A stretch of 64,000 nucleotides of DNA from Octopus vulgaris (GCA_951406725.2 OX597822.1:43276001-43340000), one strand, 5' to 3'; positions 37,600 to 51,857 are shown, counted from the first letter of the stretch. Notes: generated by a model not told the origin, from the sequence alone. A program made the numbers and translations.

Positions 37600-38700
37600 T
37601 TTTAGAGAGAGCATGGTGACAGAGTTTATCACTTGAAGCTGCATGGAGGTTGAAACCACGTAGAATGTACACTTTTGTTATTTATTTGATGTGGAGAAAG
37701 GAGCTGCAGCAACCACGGCCTTTGCTGGAATCTTTGAAGCAAGAGAGACTAATGGTATTAACATTCTTGTTGAATGCTTGTTAGTTGGTGACTGCTATTA
37801 AAGCAAGTCTTGGGACGGAATTATGGAAGCAGGGTTCTCTGTGATAGTGTGGTGTCTGGTGATGGACCCAAGACGACTGATAAGAGAAGGGGAGACAACC
37901 GAGTAAAGGTGTCCCCACGAAGAGGTGGTTTTATGATAGCAGTTCTGGTGGTAATTAAGGAAGAGAGAGAGAGAAAGCGAAAGAGAGGAAAAGGAAGAGA
38001 TAAAACGAGAGATTGAAGAGTTTAATTAGAAAGAAAGTTAACTCTGGGGGCATGTGTCCCCATGAAGAGGGTGTAAATGATCAGCTCGATCCAAGGGGTA
38101 GGAACCTATGTAGTTATGCTAGAAAAGGTAGGGAGAGGACACAGCTTATCAATGGGTCAGATATTGGTCTGTGTTTGCGAATGACTTCACGGCGATCTAA
38201 AATAGGATAACGATACTTTCCGAGTAATATAAACTCATAGGGAAGGTTTTCCGATTTCCATGCAGTATATATTCCCCGACTCATACAACCTCGATTAGAC
38301 ACTGGCCCGTCGCAGGGTTATTCATTTTTACCAGTTGGAACACAACGGACCACCCAGTCCAGGAGTCGAAACCACAATCTTGCGATCATAAATCCAACAT
38401 CCTAATCACGAAGCCACGCGCCTACACTCGACGATCAGAAACATGTGCATGTATAGCTTTTCCTGTTTATAACTATCCGTATGTATAGCAATCTGTGCGT
38501 ATAGCTATCTGTGTGTACAACAGCCCTTCCCCAGATGTGGGCAAGTGCGCTATTGAGGTCCTCATTTGATCTTTCTAGAGAGTTAGTAGTTGTTAGGAAA
38601 CAAAGTAGTTTTCTGGTATGATTCAATTTTTGATCGGTTAATGATATGCGTTCCCAAGAAATCCTCAGAGATAGCCATGCTCCGTATTTATGACAACCAT
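37600..38700 (-). mobile_element. Highly decayed LINE fragments, with a family D SINE remnant at ~38240-38423
   Basis: Traces such as LPLGSS (APE PLGSSDH-like) near 38090 and QLLTL.K.Q.R...AHIWG (RT C-terminus) near 38530-38600. Confidence 0.3.
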
Positions 38701-39803
38701 GAAAACTTAGCTTTGTGTTTAGGAAGCCCTATGGGAATAACTGCATTGGAGGACACTTCCTACAGGTCTCTTTATTAAATCAATGTAGAGTTTTTCGGAT
38801 AAACATAGGTTGCATGTGTACACGCAATCTAGGTTGAACCTGGGGTGAACATAGGTTGCATGTATTTATGTGAAAGTGAGTCAGAGCCAACGGACGGTGG
38901 AATCAATTACTGTGGAATGGGTGTTGCTGGCAAGTACACTGTTAATATATAAAGAAAAGAGGGTTGAGGGTAGAATAAAACCGCACCTTTTGGCGCACTA
39001 TTAAACCTCAGTCATATTTAATTAATATTCAGGAAACTAAGGGGAACAGATATAAATATCTTCCTCGCCACAACGACAACAACAGATATGTCCGTCGCCC
39101 GTAGAATCGGTACTACCGGTCACTTCACCGCTACAACCATTGTAGCGATGGCCACCACCATCGCCGCCGCCTCCACCACCACCGCCGCCGCCGCCGCCGC
39201 CGCCACCGCTGTTGACGCCATCATCGCCACCACCAAAACCAACAACACCAAAAGCCATCAATATCACATTAAATATTAACTCACCATCGTCACCACCATT
39301 ACAACGACCGGCACCATTCACCAACAGCCACCACCATGACAACCATGGCCACCATCACCACTCCAAAAACAATGAAAACCACCACAAATACTGGAACAGC
39401 AAATACTTGCACAGGTCAACATCAGAAACTCTACCACCACCACCACCAACAACAACAAAAACAACCCCACCATGACCGCCACCGCTACCGCCGATGCCGC
39501 CGCCGCTTCCACTGCAATTACTTCTAATATCATACTAACAACAACAACAACAACTGCAGTAACATCAACACTATTGCAAATTCGAGCACAATTCTCTCAC
39601 CGGAGGCAACACCTTTCATCTTTATCGAGGTATAAAAATAAACAAGCGCCAACTCATCAACTATCGGTATCAAGTCACATTCACACACACACACACATAT
39701 GTATAAACATATGCTCACTCACATATGCATGCGTATGTGTTCCTGAGTATGCGTGCTAATGGATATATATTACAGTGAAATTTTGCATACCCACACAAAC
39801 ATC

Positions 39804-39887
<84 letters not shown>

Positions 39888-39932
39888 CCTACCTACCTAA
39901 CTACCTACCTACCTACCTACCTACCTACCTAC

Positions 39933-39997
<65 letters not shown>

Positions 39998-40179
39998 AAT
40001 CTATCTATCTAGCTATCTTTCTATCTATGTATATATATATATATACATATATACATATATATAGATATATATACATACATATATTTGTACATATATATGT
40101 ATATATATATATACATATACATATATATATATGTATACATATATATATGTATGTATATATGCATATAGATACATATGCA

Positions 40180-40233
<54 letters not shown>

Positions 40234-40993
40234 ATATACATATAGATACATATGCACAGTTATATATATATATATATATATGTATATATAATGTTATATT
40301 TGTACATATATGTGTGTGCTTGTGTGTGTGCACGTGGGGGGAGGTAGGGCGGCTGGGTATACGTGTTCGTATAAATGCGTGCATGAACGTGTTTGTGTAT
40401 ATGCGTGTGTGTACGAGTTAGTTGAGAAGAAAGTCAAGGCTGTATAACCACTGATGTGATAAGCCAGTTAATGAGTTCAATCTCCCTCAAGCCACGTACG
40501 TACAGGTACGCCATATACATGCATATAGACATACATATGCTCACATATACACCCCAACCTACATACATACACGCATACACACACATACACGCCCATATAC
40601 ATAGGCATACATACACACACACATGCATGTATACATACATACATGCATACATACACGAGTACATACATGCAGACATACATACATAATGCATAGATACATG
40701 CATGTTTACATACACATATACATACATGCATGCATACATAGAAGCATTTATACATACATACATGCATGCATACATATATACAAATATACATACTTACATA
40801 TATACATACATACATGCATACATACATGAATGCATATATTAATACATCCATATATACATATATACACACATACAAACATATATACATACAAACATACCCC
40901 TCTAATAAGGGTCACACGTTATCAGCGATCTTTGCATATGTATATGTAGGAAATTATATTTCTAACAAAGAAATGCATAATGTATATATATGA

Positions 40994-41069
<76 letters not shown>

Positions 41070-41090
41070 CTCTCTATATATATATGTATA

Positions 41091-41894
41091 CTAGCAGCAT
41101 AGCCCGGCGTTGCCCGGGTATGTAAGAGACCCTAGTAGGCAACGACTAATCCCAATCTAGTCCATTCCCTCTAGGGAACGGATGCGGATGTGTAGGCTGC
41201 AATGTCTTCTCTTCACTCGAATACTTCTGTGCATACGATGTTCCTAGCTGTCCCTTTGGGCGATAAAAAGGTCGAGTTGCGCCCCCTAGACAGTCTGTGG
41301 TTTGTGTTTAATACACAAATCGGTTTGCTACGTGTGCCACATATGATTTAATTAACCGATTTTTTCCAGTAATAAAGTATCCTATTGGAATAAAAAGGGC
41401 CATATAGCTCCTTGGAGCAGACATGATGCTCACTGTGAATTAAAAAAAAAATTCCTGCCAATTTGTGAAAGATATTGTCGAAAATATGTCATCTTGAATT
41501 TGAACGTGATTTCCCAAAGTGGCATGATTTTATCGATTTTTTCTGATGGTGAGGTTTTGCATGGAAAACTAACGACAGGATTAAATTTCTTAGGGTAACA
41601 TTAAGCTTCACCATGAGTTTGGTGAAAATCGATTGCAAGTTGCGAAAACTACAACAGAAAATGTGTTGCATATAAAAAGTTTAGATTCTCGACCCCATGT
41701 CGAATTTATCGATTTTTTTCAGAACTGGGGGAATTTTTTAAAGTTTTCGCTGCGTTAGTTTTGAATTATGACATTGGGCTATGTGTGTGTGAAGTTTCAT
41801 CAGAATCGGTTGAAAGCCGTGGTCAGGGTGAGGGTACAACCTGACAGACACACATACACACAGACAGACAAACTGCCGTTTATATATATAGAGA
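41091..41894 (-). mobile_element. Non-autonomous Helitron with both termini (804 bp)
   Basis: 5' A|TCTCTATATATATAAACGG; 3' hairpin CCCGGGCAACGCCGGG then CTAG|T; inserted between A and T without a TSD; keeps only the last helicase codons (PKGTARNIVCTEVFE*). Confidence 0.92.
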
Positions 41895-41897
41895 TAT

Positions 41898-41954
<57 letters not shown>

Positions 41955-41994
41955 TATATCATAGTGTTTTCTCTTTGTGTTTTCATGTTTGGAT

Positions 41995-42044
<50 letters not shown>

Positions 42045-42069
42045 TAATGTATATATATATATATATGCA

Positions 42070-42236
42070 TAGGCGCAGGAGTGGTTGTGTAATAAGTAGC
42101 TTGCTTACGAACCACATGGTTCCGGGTTCACTGCCACTGCGTGGAACCTTGGGCAAGTGTTAGCTTCTATAGCCTTAGGCCGACCAAAACCTTGTCAGTG
42201 GATTTCGTAGACAGAAACTGAAATAAGGCCGTCGTA
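42070..42236 (+). mobile_element. SINE family A 5' half
   Basis: AGGCGCAGGAGTGGTTGTGTAATAAG...GGGTTCACTGCC...CCTTGGGCAAGTGT. Confidence 0.8.
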
Positions 42237-42254
42237 TATATGCATATATATTTC

Positions 42255-43388
42255 TTTATATTTTATTTTATTTTAATTAGTTTCAGCTCACAAGCCGTGG
42301 CCATGCTGGGGCATCGCCATTTGGTGTTGCTACATGATTTTACTTCACGAGTGCCCTTTAGCAATTGCCGTCTGGTGCATGAGAGAGTTCGATGCCCCTC
42401 CTGCTGTGAAGTTGGTTCATCTGGGACACCTGACAAGAAGAGATTTAGTTTCATTTTAAAGACATCTGCATCCACCCCACGCAGGTCTCTTAGGTTCTTC
42501 GGGAGGATATTGAAGAGCTGTGGGCCTCGGAAGCCCAGGCTATCACAGTATCTTGTCCTACATCTTGATGGCAAATTTGGAGTCCTTGGTACTACGCAGT
42601 GGAGCCCAGTTCTGGCATTAGTGTAACTCTCGATGTATATTATGGCATATCTTTCTCGCCTACGCTCTAAGGAATAGAGTCTCAATCTCTTGAGTCTTTC
42701 CCAATAGCTTATATGCTGCGCAGAGGCTATCTTCTTCGTGTAGCTTCGTTGGATCGCCTCAAGTTCGGTGATTAACTTGATACTGGATGGTGACCATAGC
42801 TGAGAGCAATAGTCAAAGTGGCTTAGGACAAGTGTCCTCCAGAGGACCATCATGGTTTCCTGGTCTCTTGTTCTAAAGGTTCTAAGAATCCATCCGGTCA
42901 GCCGCCAACATTTCATTGCCAATTTAGCAACATGCACATGAAAGGTTGCATCATCACTCATGTAAATACCCAGGTCTCACACTGATTGTGCTTCTGAGAT
43001 TGCAATCCCTTCAGGTCAAGTGTATTTATTGGGTATTGCTTTTAGTTTTGCGTGCTGATAGTATAAAGCTTGAAACTTTTCAGCATTGAACTGCATGCTA
43101 TTCTTTTCAGCCCACTTGTATATTTTGTCCAGCTCACATTGCAGGTGCTTAGTGTCTTCAGGGTTCTGTATTGCCTGTGAAACTTTTGTATCATCTACAT
43201 AATTTGTGATCGTGGCTCTCTGCGTGGCTGAGGGCATGTCTGAGAGGGCCATTATGAACAGTAGTGGTCCCAGAACAGTGCCTTGCGGAACACCACTCAC
43301 TATTTGCGTGTTAATGGAAGTGACCCCATTGGCTACTACCACCTGACTTCTATCCTTCAGAAAGTCATGAAGCCATTCTCCCAATTTT
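42255..43388 (-). mobile_element. 5'-truncated CR1-like LINE, copy 3 (different subfamily; frameshift and internal deletion)
   Basis: [41 protein letters not shown]; 3' GGCGATGCCCCAGCATGGCC...CTGAAAC plus (TAAAA)n tail. Confidence 0.9.
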
Positions 43389-43910
43389 ATATTACTTCCG
43401 GTTTTCGTAGGGTAAAGACGTGTTGCTTTGCTCTGTGATAAAAAAACAAAATGGTTTGCATAAATCGACGAAATAATCGGCGAAAATGGATAAAAAACGT
43501 AAAACTTGCTATCTCATAACGGTCTACTATGATATGTTAGTTAAAAACCGTAATATATTTCGCTTCAAGCCAAATATAATACACTAAAGTTAATTACGCA
43601 CGCCAGATTTCCCGTCGAAAAAGCACGTGGTGACATCTCTTAAGTTTATTCCCAATCAACTTCAACAAGCAAAAGAACCGTTTTTCTTTTTCTTTTTGAA
43701 AGAAAACCTCTTCGTACAGAGAGAAGACTTTGGGACTTCTGCCTCTTATAAGATAAGTACCCCTTTTCATTTGTTTATTTTCCCGTAATTCAATGTAAGG
43801 ACCTATTCTATGTTTACATTCTGTTTACATTCACTTTCTGTTTCAGCGCCGTTACATCTCTTTAAAATTATTCAATTTAGATAGGCATATATTTATTTGT
43901 TGCCTTATTT

Positions 43911-43994
<84 letters not shown>

Positions 43995-44002
<8 letters not shown>

Positions 44003-44111
44003 ATCACGTGACCGACCAGACCATCAGATGTAGTTACACATCGCTGGTCACAATGCGTTCGCATTGTTTTAGCCTTCGAATGACGCCACCACGCTGGCTA
44101 AGCGAGCAGGC

Positions 44112-44112
<1 letters not shown>
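43995..44112 (-). mobile_element. SINE family B 3' part
   Basis: Reverse complement of the family B tail, flanked by (TA)n. Confidence 0.8.
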
Positions 44113-44159
<47 letters not shown>

Positions 44160-44160
<1 letters not shown>

Positions 44161-45086
44161 TAAGGAAAATTTTTTTTAAAAAATGCAGAATGCTCAAATG
44201 AAAGAAAATTTTAATAAAATGAGAAATTGATAAAATATATAAATATATATTTATTCAACCGGTTTTCGTCATTGTATGACTTGTCAAGAATATTTATGTT
44301 TTAAAAAGTTTTTTTAAAAATTAGAAAGGGGAAAAAAAGAAAATTGCATTGTTTTTTGCAAAAGAATAATGATAAAAATGTACAAAAATTAAAAAATAAG
44401 TACTCCGATACATTGTGAGTTCGTTGTGTATCTTGAGTTTTATGATTGTTCACGAAAAAATTACCTTGAGGTATTAAGATCCAAAGGGATTAAGAGCATG
44501 TGTTGTGTGGTTTAATTCAGCATGTTGGCAGGACAGGAAGTAGTAGTAATTGTGGTTCTTCAGTTCCTGTGTTGTGAGTAAGGGGAGACAACTCTTTTGA
44601 GTTCTTCAATACGGGCTCTTGGTAAAACCCAAATTATAAAATTATCATTTTAGCTTCATTTGCGTTATCTTTTTTATATAATTGCTTGTTACCTTAACTT
44701 TCAGATTTTAACACTTTATTTATATTATTTTCTAATTATATAAATCTGCATAGACAATTGCATTTCAAATTGTCATATCATTTATAATAAAAATGATAGT
44801 AATAACAACAATAGTAAAAATGATATTTAAAGAATATAAGTTTTAGCTTGAAGTGATGAATGCATGGTATCTTTATATATTTGTGTTAGTCCATCCATGA
44901 AGAGTGAGGTAGAGAAAGGAAGTTTGATCAACGAGGAGTTTGCATATTAAGTTGTGTTTGGAATTTTTCAATAAAGAGATTCTCCTTGTTAATTCTCTCC
45001 TGTGTGGTGATCCCGTCTTTACATTGGTAGAAGGGGAATATATAGAATTTGGGGTTTAAGTCTTTAGCACATGAGTCTAAGTGGTC
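44160..45086 (-). mobile_element. Penelope-like element 3' fragment (endonuclease C-terminus + 3' UTR)
   Basis: 44928-45086 translates DHLDSCAKDLNPKFYIFPFYQCKDGITTQERINKENLFIEKFQTQLNMQTPR*, homologous to the C-terminus of the 48077-49306 ORF; below the ORF-track length cutoff. Confidence 0.8.
44252..44292 (-). ncRNA. Minimal hammerhead, U3:A8 variant
   Basis: Minus strand TATTC-TTGACAA-GTCA TACAA TGAC-GAAA(A)-CCGG-TT-GAATA; one extra A in the GAAA strand. Confidence 0.55.
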
Positions 45087-45093
45087 TATATAT

Positions 45094-45233
<140 letters not shown>

Positions 45234-45299
45234 GGTTTGGAGATGATGTACAGGTATTATATATAAGAAAAAATGAAGTAATCAGATCGGATGGTTCCG

Positions 45300-45606
45300 A
45301 TTCAAAGTAAATGCAGATATGAACTGCAAGACGCAGAACGTCATATACTGCATAACCTGCCCCACGTGCAAGGAGAATTACGTAGGTGAAACTGGTAATT
45401 CTTTGTGCCAGCGAGCCAGGATCCACCGACAACATATTCGGCAGGAAGAACTACGCAAAATACCACTAAGCACACACCTAGCTACATGTGGAGAAGGAAA
45501 ATTTAAGATATTTCCCTTCTACAAGTGTCCGAAGAACGACACCTCCTTCAGGAGGAATATGGAAAAACATTTCATAGCTAAGTTCTCCCCCAAATTAAAT
45601 GGCTGA
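45300..45606 (+). pseudogene. Penelope GIY-YIG endonuclease domain fragment
   Basis: MNCKTQNVIYCITCPTCKENYVGETGNSLCQRARIH...H...EKHFIAKFSPKLN. Confidence 0.88.
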
Positions 45607-46659
45607 AACTTTACTCAACATACATTGAAGGACAAATTTTTCGATTTACAATATGATACAGTGGAACATTTAATATATGTGTGTATATATATAGGTATGT
45701 GTGTGTATGTTACCTGTTATATACACTATATTGTTTTTGCAATTTACTTGATCTTTACTTGCCAATTGTCATTGTAATTTTAACCTTCCTATGATATACA
45801 ATTTTCAAGATGGTGTAACTTGATTGTTCATTTTGATTCGATAGAAGGTGGATTTTTCTCTAATATTTCATGTGTAAGCATGTATATATATATATATAGT
45901 GACATTGAAGGACACATCTTTCGATTTACAATCTAATATAGTAGAACATTTAGGATATGTCTGTATGTGTATGTGTGTATATATATATATATATATCTGT
46001 GTGTGTATAGATATGTGTATTGCCTGTTATATACATTATATTATATTATTATCTTTATAATTTACTTCCATCTTTACCTTTTAATTGTCACTTTAATTTT
46101 AACTTTCCTATGATATACAATTTTCAAGATGGTGTAATTTGGTTATTCATTTTGAACCGATAAAAAGGTTTTTTTCAAATATTTTATGTATAAGTCTGTG
46201 TGTGTATATATATATATGTATTGGTATAAATATCAACACACAAAAATATTTTTTTCTTCTCCACTTCCTCCCTTATTTTTATTTATTTTTTATTTATTTT
46301 TTTATATTTTATTTTTTATTTTTTTATTTTTTATTTTTTATATTTTTAATTATTTTTATTTTTATATTTATTTTTATTTTTATTTTCCCTTTTCTCTTTC
46401 TTTCTCTCTCTCCTTCTCCAAACACACAGAGACACACACACACGCACACAAAACACACACGGACACACACACACACACACCTCCACAATCGATCATAGAA
46501 AGTGTGACCCCAAATGACATTTGTCCGGCCAGCCTACGCACAACACACACTCAGTGACACGAGACTGGACAGAGAGCAGAGCCAAAATTCTTAGAAAACC
46601 ACAGGAGGTCCAGTCGGCCAACGGAATAACAATACTTCTTCTTCCTTATCAGATACAAA

Positions 46660-46706
<47 letters not shown>

Positions 46707-46829
46707 ACACACATACACATACACACATATTTTCTCTGTCTCACTTCCTCCTCACCCTTTTATACTGTTTTATTCCTCCCCACCGCTAATACGAAACTAT
46801 AAAATGTTCAAATTACCCACAAGGAATTG

Positions 46830-46877
46830 ATTTGATTTGAAAAGCCCACTCGATTGGGAGAAAGCGCTAATCCGAAT
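46830..46877 (+). ncRNA. Minimal hammerhead, U3:A8 variant
   Basis: ATTTGAT-TTGAAAA-GCCCA CTCGAT TGGGA-GAAA-GCGC-TA-ATCCGAAT; palindromic AGCGCT; predicted cleavage after 46869. Confidence 0.6.
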
Positions 46878-47139
46878 GATATGATCTGAATGATATGATA
46901 TATATGTAAAAAATGTAATATATAAATAAATATCTATAAATATGAACCATCCGATCTGATTACCTCATTTTTTCTTATATATATATATATATATTTTTTT
47001 TTACTCAGCCCCTCAATCTCCCTAAATATATAGACGCGAACATTAGAAGTATAGTCGCAATTAGTTTAGTTTAGAAGAAAACGTTTGTAGCTATATATTT
47101 ATAATTTACATTCTGTTAATAATCTTTCAACTTCTGTTT

Positions 47140-47710
47140 CAGCTTCGTAACCTCCTCTCTTTCTTTTCTTTCTCCCTCTGTTTCTTCACTTCTCTCTATC
47201 ACACCATCTTTCTTCTCTCAGCCGCTCAATCTTTTGCATCACATCCTCTCTTTCATCTCTTTATCACACCATCTTTCTTCCTAAATTTATAGACTCTCAC
47301 TTTCTTCTCATCTTCTCTCAGCCGCTCAATCTTTTGCATCACTTCCTCTCTTTCATCTCTTTTTCTGTCACACCATCTTTCTTCTCTCAGCCTCTCAATC
47401 TTCTTTAATATATAGACTCTCTCTCACTCTCTCCTTATCTTCTCTCAGCCGCTCAATCTTTTGCATAACCTCCTCTCTTTCATTTCTTTCTCTCTCTGTC
47501 TCTTCACTTCTCTCCCCCACGCCTCTTTCCTTGTCTCTTCACTTTTCCACTTCTCTCTGTCACACCATCTTTCCTCTCTCAGCCTATCAATTTTTCTAAA
47601 TATATAGACGCGAACTTTCTCCTCTCACTCTCTCCTACTCTCTTCTTATCTTCTCTCAGCTCTCAATCTCTCTAAATACATAGACACTTTCTTTCTCTAT
47701 TTCTTCTCTA
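47140..47710. repeat. Pyrimidine-rich degenerate tandem repeat (TCACACCATCTTTCTTCTCTCAGCCGCTCAATCTTTTGCATC)
   Basis: Motif recurs about five times. Confidence 0.7.
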
Positions 47711-47789
47711 CCCTCTATCGCACTATTAAATTTTAAATTTAAATACAATTAGATATAATTAGATAGATAAATAAATAAAATATCCAAAA

Positions 47790-48105
47790 TGTCCATTGAC
47801 CGAGGTTACCGTGGTCTTTTCCGTAGGCTTTTCTTTCCACGGGTAAATCTCACCTGTCCTCCCCTTTACACTTCATATTGATATTTCTGTGATAACGATC
47901 CCTATTGATCAATTTTTTTTTCCTTTCCATCTTTTTTCCTCTTCCCCTTTTTTTAAAAATTTTATTCCCCCCTTTTTTTGTCCTCTTTCTTTCCCTTTAC
48001 GATCCCTTTTGATCGAAAACCAAACCCCCTTTTTTACCCCCAAAAGAAAATCTCTACCTTGTAATTTGTCCTGTCTGTGTGCAGCCCTGTGTGGCTAATT
48101 AAGAA

Positions 48106-48108
<3 letters not shown>
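47790..48108 (+). mobile_element. Second copy of the LINE-3'-UTR-like repeat
   Basis: Homologous to 31320-31566; ends GCCCTGTGTGGCTAATTAAGAAAC followed by (CA)n. Confidence 0.6.
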
Positions 48109-48183
<75 letters not shown>

Positions 48184-48194
48184 ATCTATAATAT

Positions 48195-49306
48195 ATATAA
48201 AAGAGAATTGGAAACGATTCCTGGACGATTGTTTTATACTCTGGAATGAAAACACAGATAAACTCCTAAAATTCAAAAACCTATTGAACAGCATCAACCC
48301 AAATATACAGTTCACAATGGAATACAACCAAAAGGAGCTTCCATTCTTAGATATACTAATTAAAAAAATTAACCTTAAAATAGAAACAGACATTTTTTAC
48401 AAAGCCACAGACGCTAAACAATACCTACTTTTTGATTCATGCCACCCAAGACACACTAAAACAAACATCCCTTTCAACCTTGCAAGAAGGATATGCACAA
48501 TAGTGTCAGAACAAAATGGCAGGAACCTTAGACTACAAGAACTCAAAAACACCCTAATTGACGGACACTACCCAGCTCAACTCATAGAGGATGGGATCAG
48601 ACGTGCAACAGAAATTGACATAGAAACTTTGAGAAAAGTTCAACACAACAACACACCTTCCCCGAAAATACTGCCTTACATATCCACATACAACCCCAGA
48701 AACAAAGAAGCCTTCACCATCATCACCCAGAATTTGCCAATACTTCATAAGGACCCCAAATTAAAGGAAATTCTAAACATACATAAAATCATTAAAAACT
48801 ACAAACAACCTAAATCACTTAAAAAGATTCTCACAAAGGCAAAATTGTTTTCTGAAACTACGGATGCAAAAGTAAAAAAATGTGGTAGGCCAAACTGCGA
48901 AACATGCCCAAACTTTCTAGAAGGATCAGAATTCCTTTTCAAAGAGGGACAAAAATTAAAGATCAAATCTAATTTTACTTGTGCTTCTGAAAACATAATT
49001 TATGTCATAAGGTGCTCGGGCTGCCACCAAAACTACGTGGGGTCCACGGGACTATCACTCAGACGTAGATGCACTCTGCATCGACAACAGATTGCATTCC
49101 CAGAATACAGAATGATACCCTTTAGTGAGCATATTGAGAAATGCGCAAAGCAACTACTACCACAATTTTTAATCTTTCCATTCTATCAATGTGCTATTGG
49201 AACACCAACACAAATTAGATTAAACAAGGAAACATTCTGCATTGAAAAATATAAACCCAAACTTAACCACTTTAACATTCTTATACAGAGAAACTCACCC
49301 CATTAA
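48195..49306 (+). CDS. Penelope-like element ORF, 5'-truncated: RT C-terminus/thumb + Zn-finger linker + GIY-YIG endonuclease
   Basis: WKRFLDDCFILW, LNSINPNIQFTME, LPFLDI, YKATD..YL..S.HP, CGRPNCETC, NIIYVIRC..C..NYVGST; open for ~370 aa. The ORF-track N-terminus is microsatellite. Confidence 0.92.
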
Positions 49307-49434
49307 ATAAAGGGAAAAGAAATATAAAGCGATTATCTCCCTTATACGGGAAGAAATCGCTTATTACCTCCCCCTACCTGGAACTCTTCTTTGCACTTCA
49401 TAACGAAGACATAACACGATGTAGGTAAAGACAC

Positions 49435-49478
49435 TTGAGAAATTTGAAAAGTTAACACGAAACCGGTAATTTCTTCAA
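49435..49478 (+). ncRNA. Minimal hammerhead, U3:A8 variant, in the Penelope 3' UTR
   Basis: TTGAGAAAT-TTGAAAA-GT TAAC AC-GAAA-CCGG-TA-ATTTCTTCAA; 9-bp stem I with one bulge; predicted cleavage after 49468. Confidence 0.7.
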
Positions 49479-49855
49479 AAACTTTGTTACTGTATGAAAA
49501 GATTTTATTACATTCTTCCAACATAATGACTCAAATATATTCTTTAACCTTATAAAACAAGCCTTCTGCAGTTTTTTCACTTTTTACTATTTTCTATATA
49601 TCCAACCACGTGCTTTCACACACCAAATTTCTCACCTATATATATATAAGCAATAATAAATCTCTGAATGAGGTATAGACAGTAACTGCACGACAATGTG
49701 AAGTATATTTGCCACCTAAATATGGCTAACCATTAAGGGTGGATGCTACTGTAGCTTGTGGCCCCAGGAGAACATCTTCTCCAGCTGGTTATTGACACAC
49801 TTTCTGTGCCCTATCGGTATTTGCAAAGGGAGGTCATCCTTCCCTCGTCAGCCTG

Positions 49856-49915
49856 AGTGATACGCACGGACTGCAGTTTCTGGGTATTGACCCGTCATCA
49901 GCGCACGACAATCAC
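49856..49915 (-). ncRNA. Canonical-core minimal type I hammerhead ribozyme
   Basis: Minus strand GTGATTGTCGTGCG-CTGATGA-CGGGT CAAT ACCCA-GAAA-CTGCAG-TC-CGTGCGTATCACT; palindromic TGCA loop; GUC cleavage at 49869/49868. Confidence 0.75.
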
Positions 49916-50600
49916 CGGTTTTCGATGGAAGGGTCCCAATGCAAATACATATATATAAATGTATATAAATATATATATATGATACAAGCACGCTCATATG
50001 CACACACACACGCAATACAACAAACATAATTATATACCTTTTTATATCTTCATGCAAATTTCCATCACATATGTGTGTGCATGTATATATATATATATGT
50101 ATATATGTATATATATATGTGTGTGTGTATGTGTGTGTGTGTCTGTGTGTGTGTGTATGTGTACGTATATAAATCTGGTAACATTATACATTGCTGAGGT
50201 CTAAAGTAACAAAGAAACAGATTCAACCATAAAATTGTCGTTGATATATTTTCCAGAACAGCCATATTGTCACAGATTCTTTCTCTCTGTATTTATGTCT
50301 TTCCTTCTACCCCTTCTTTCTTTCTCTCTTTCTCTCATTCATTCATTCACTCATTCATTCATTCATTCATTCATTCATTTCATTCATTTATTCTTGTTTC
50401 GTATTTTATCTCTATCTTTATTTCGCTCTCTTTAAATTTTTTTTGTATATTCGCCGTTGTATATTTCTATATTAACCAATCCTTTCATTCGAAGCTACCA
50501 TTGAAATAATTCAAACATTTTCATCCAAGTCTTAACGACTCCTCACACACATTCCTCTCTCTCTCACCCGACACATGTATGCATCCATCTATTTATCCAT

Positions 50601-50713
<113 letters not shown>

Positions 50714-50738
50714 CATAAATACATTCATACATATACAT

Positions 50739-50810
<72 letters not shown>

Positions 50811-51025
50811 TTACGCACACAAACACATATGTATGGATTCTCGGATTGAAATGAAATAATTGTAAATTTTATGTGACACTAATGTACTCTCAATTACATA
50901 GGAAAAAAGAAAATTTTATTAAACTATATATCTCCACACGCGCTCCCATACACATACAAACAGACACACATACACATATATAAATATACATATATACATA
51001 CTCATACATGCTCATACATAAAAGC

Positions 51026-51061
<36 letters not shown>

Positions 51062-51070
51062 ATATATGCA

Positions 51071-51133
<63 letters not shown>

Positions 51134-51519
51134 ATATATATATATATATATATACACACTCGCATATTCAAATACGCGTGATTGTCCGTACGCGTGTATA
51201 AATATGCGCATGTGTGTGTATATATACTCATTAGGTTTTTACTGGTTCCAGCCAGTTGATTGCAGTTGTGCACAAATATTGCCATTAACTACGGCATTCA
51301 CTTTGTTCTGAGTTTTATATTTTGTGAATGAGTGCTGGGGGCAGGGGCAGTTTGATGTCATTGTTCATCCGATATCTTGCACAATACAAGCTACAAGTAT
51401 TGCTTGAATGCAAATACACTCTGCGTTGTTCTATAATAACCACCATCCACGTAATACTTATGTAGGTTACTGAAAGACTAGGGAGTCACAGACATCTTTT
51501 ATGTTCTATCTTTTATCTG

Positions 51520-51720
51520 TTAATTGTTTCGGTCATTAGACTGCGACCATGCTGGAGCATCGCTTTGAAGTGTTTTAGTCGAACTAATCAACCACAGGTC
51601 TTTTTTTCTTTTTAATAAAGGCTGCTACTTATTCTATCGTTTCTTTCTTTTTTGCCGAACCACTCAGTTACGAGGCTACAAACTAGCGAAAACCAGATGT
51701 CAAATGTGGTGGGTTCAAAC
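51520..51720 (-). mobile_element. SINE family A 3' half; the 5' half lies at 52748-52892
   Basis: Reverse complement of the tail; a mariner derivative sits in the SINE's internal microsatellite. Confidence 0.7.
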
Positions 51721-51813
51721 ACAGACACAAAGACACACATACACACAGACACACACACATGCACGTACGCACTCACATCCACACACACACACACACATGT
51801 ATGTATGTACACA

Positions 51814-51857
<44 letters not shown>

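Larger units (their letters stand above)
45261..46980 (+). mobile_element. 5'-truncated Penelope-like element with a 37-bp inverted terminal segment
   Basis: GIY-YIG ORF 45300-45606; 45261-45297 is the reverse complement of 46944-46980 (1 mismatch); internal ~280-bp tandem duplication (45623-45870 vs 45902-46175). Confidence 0.8.

Noticed and set aside
39037-39560. Gly/Pro/His-rich ORFs
   Set aside because: (CCA/CCG/CAA)n low-complexity tract.
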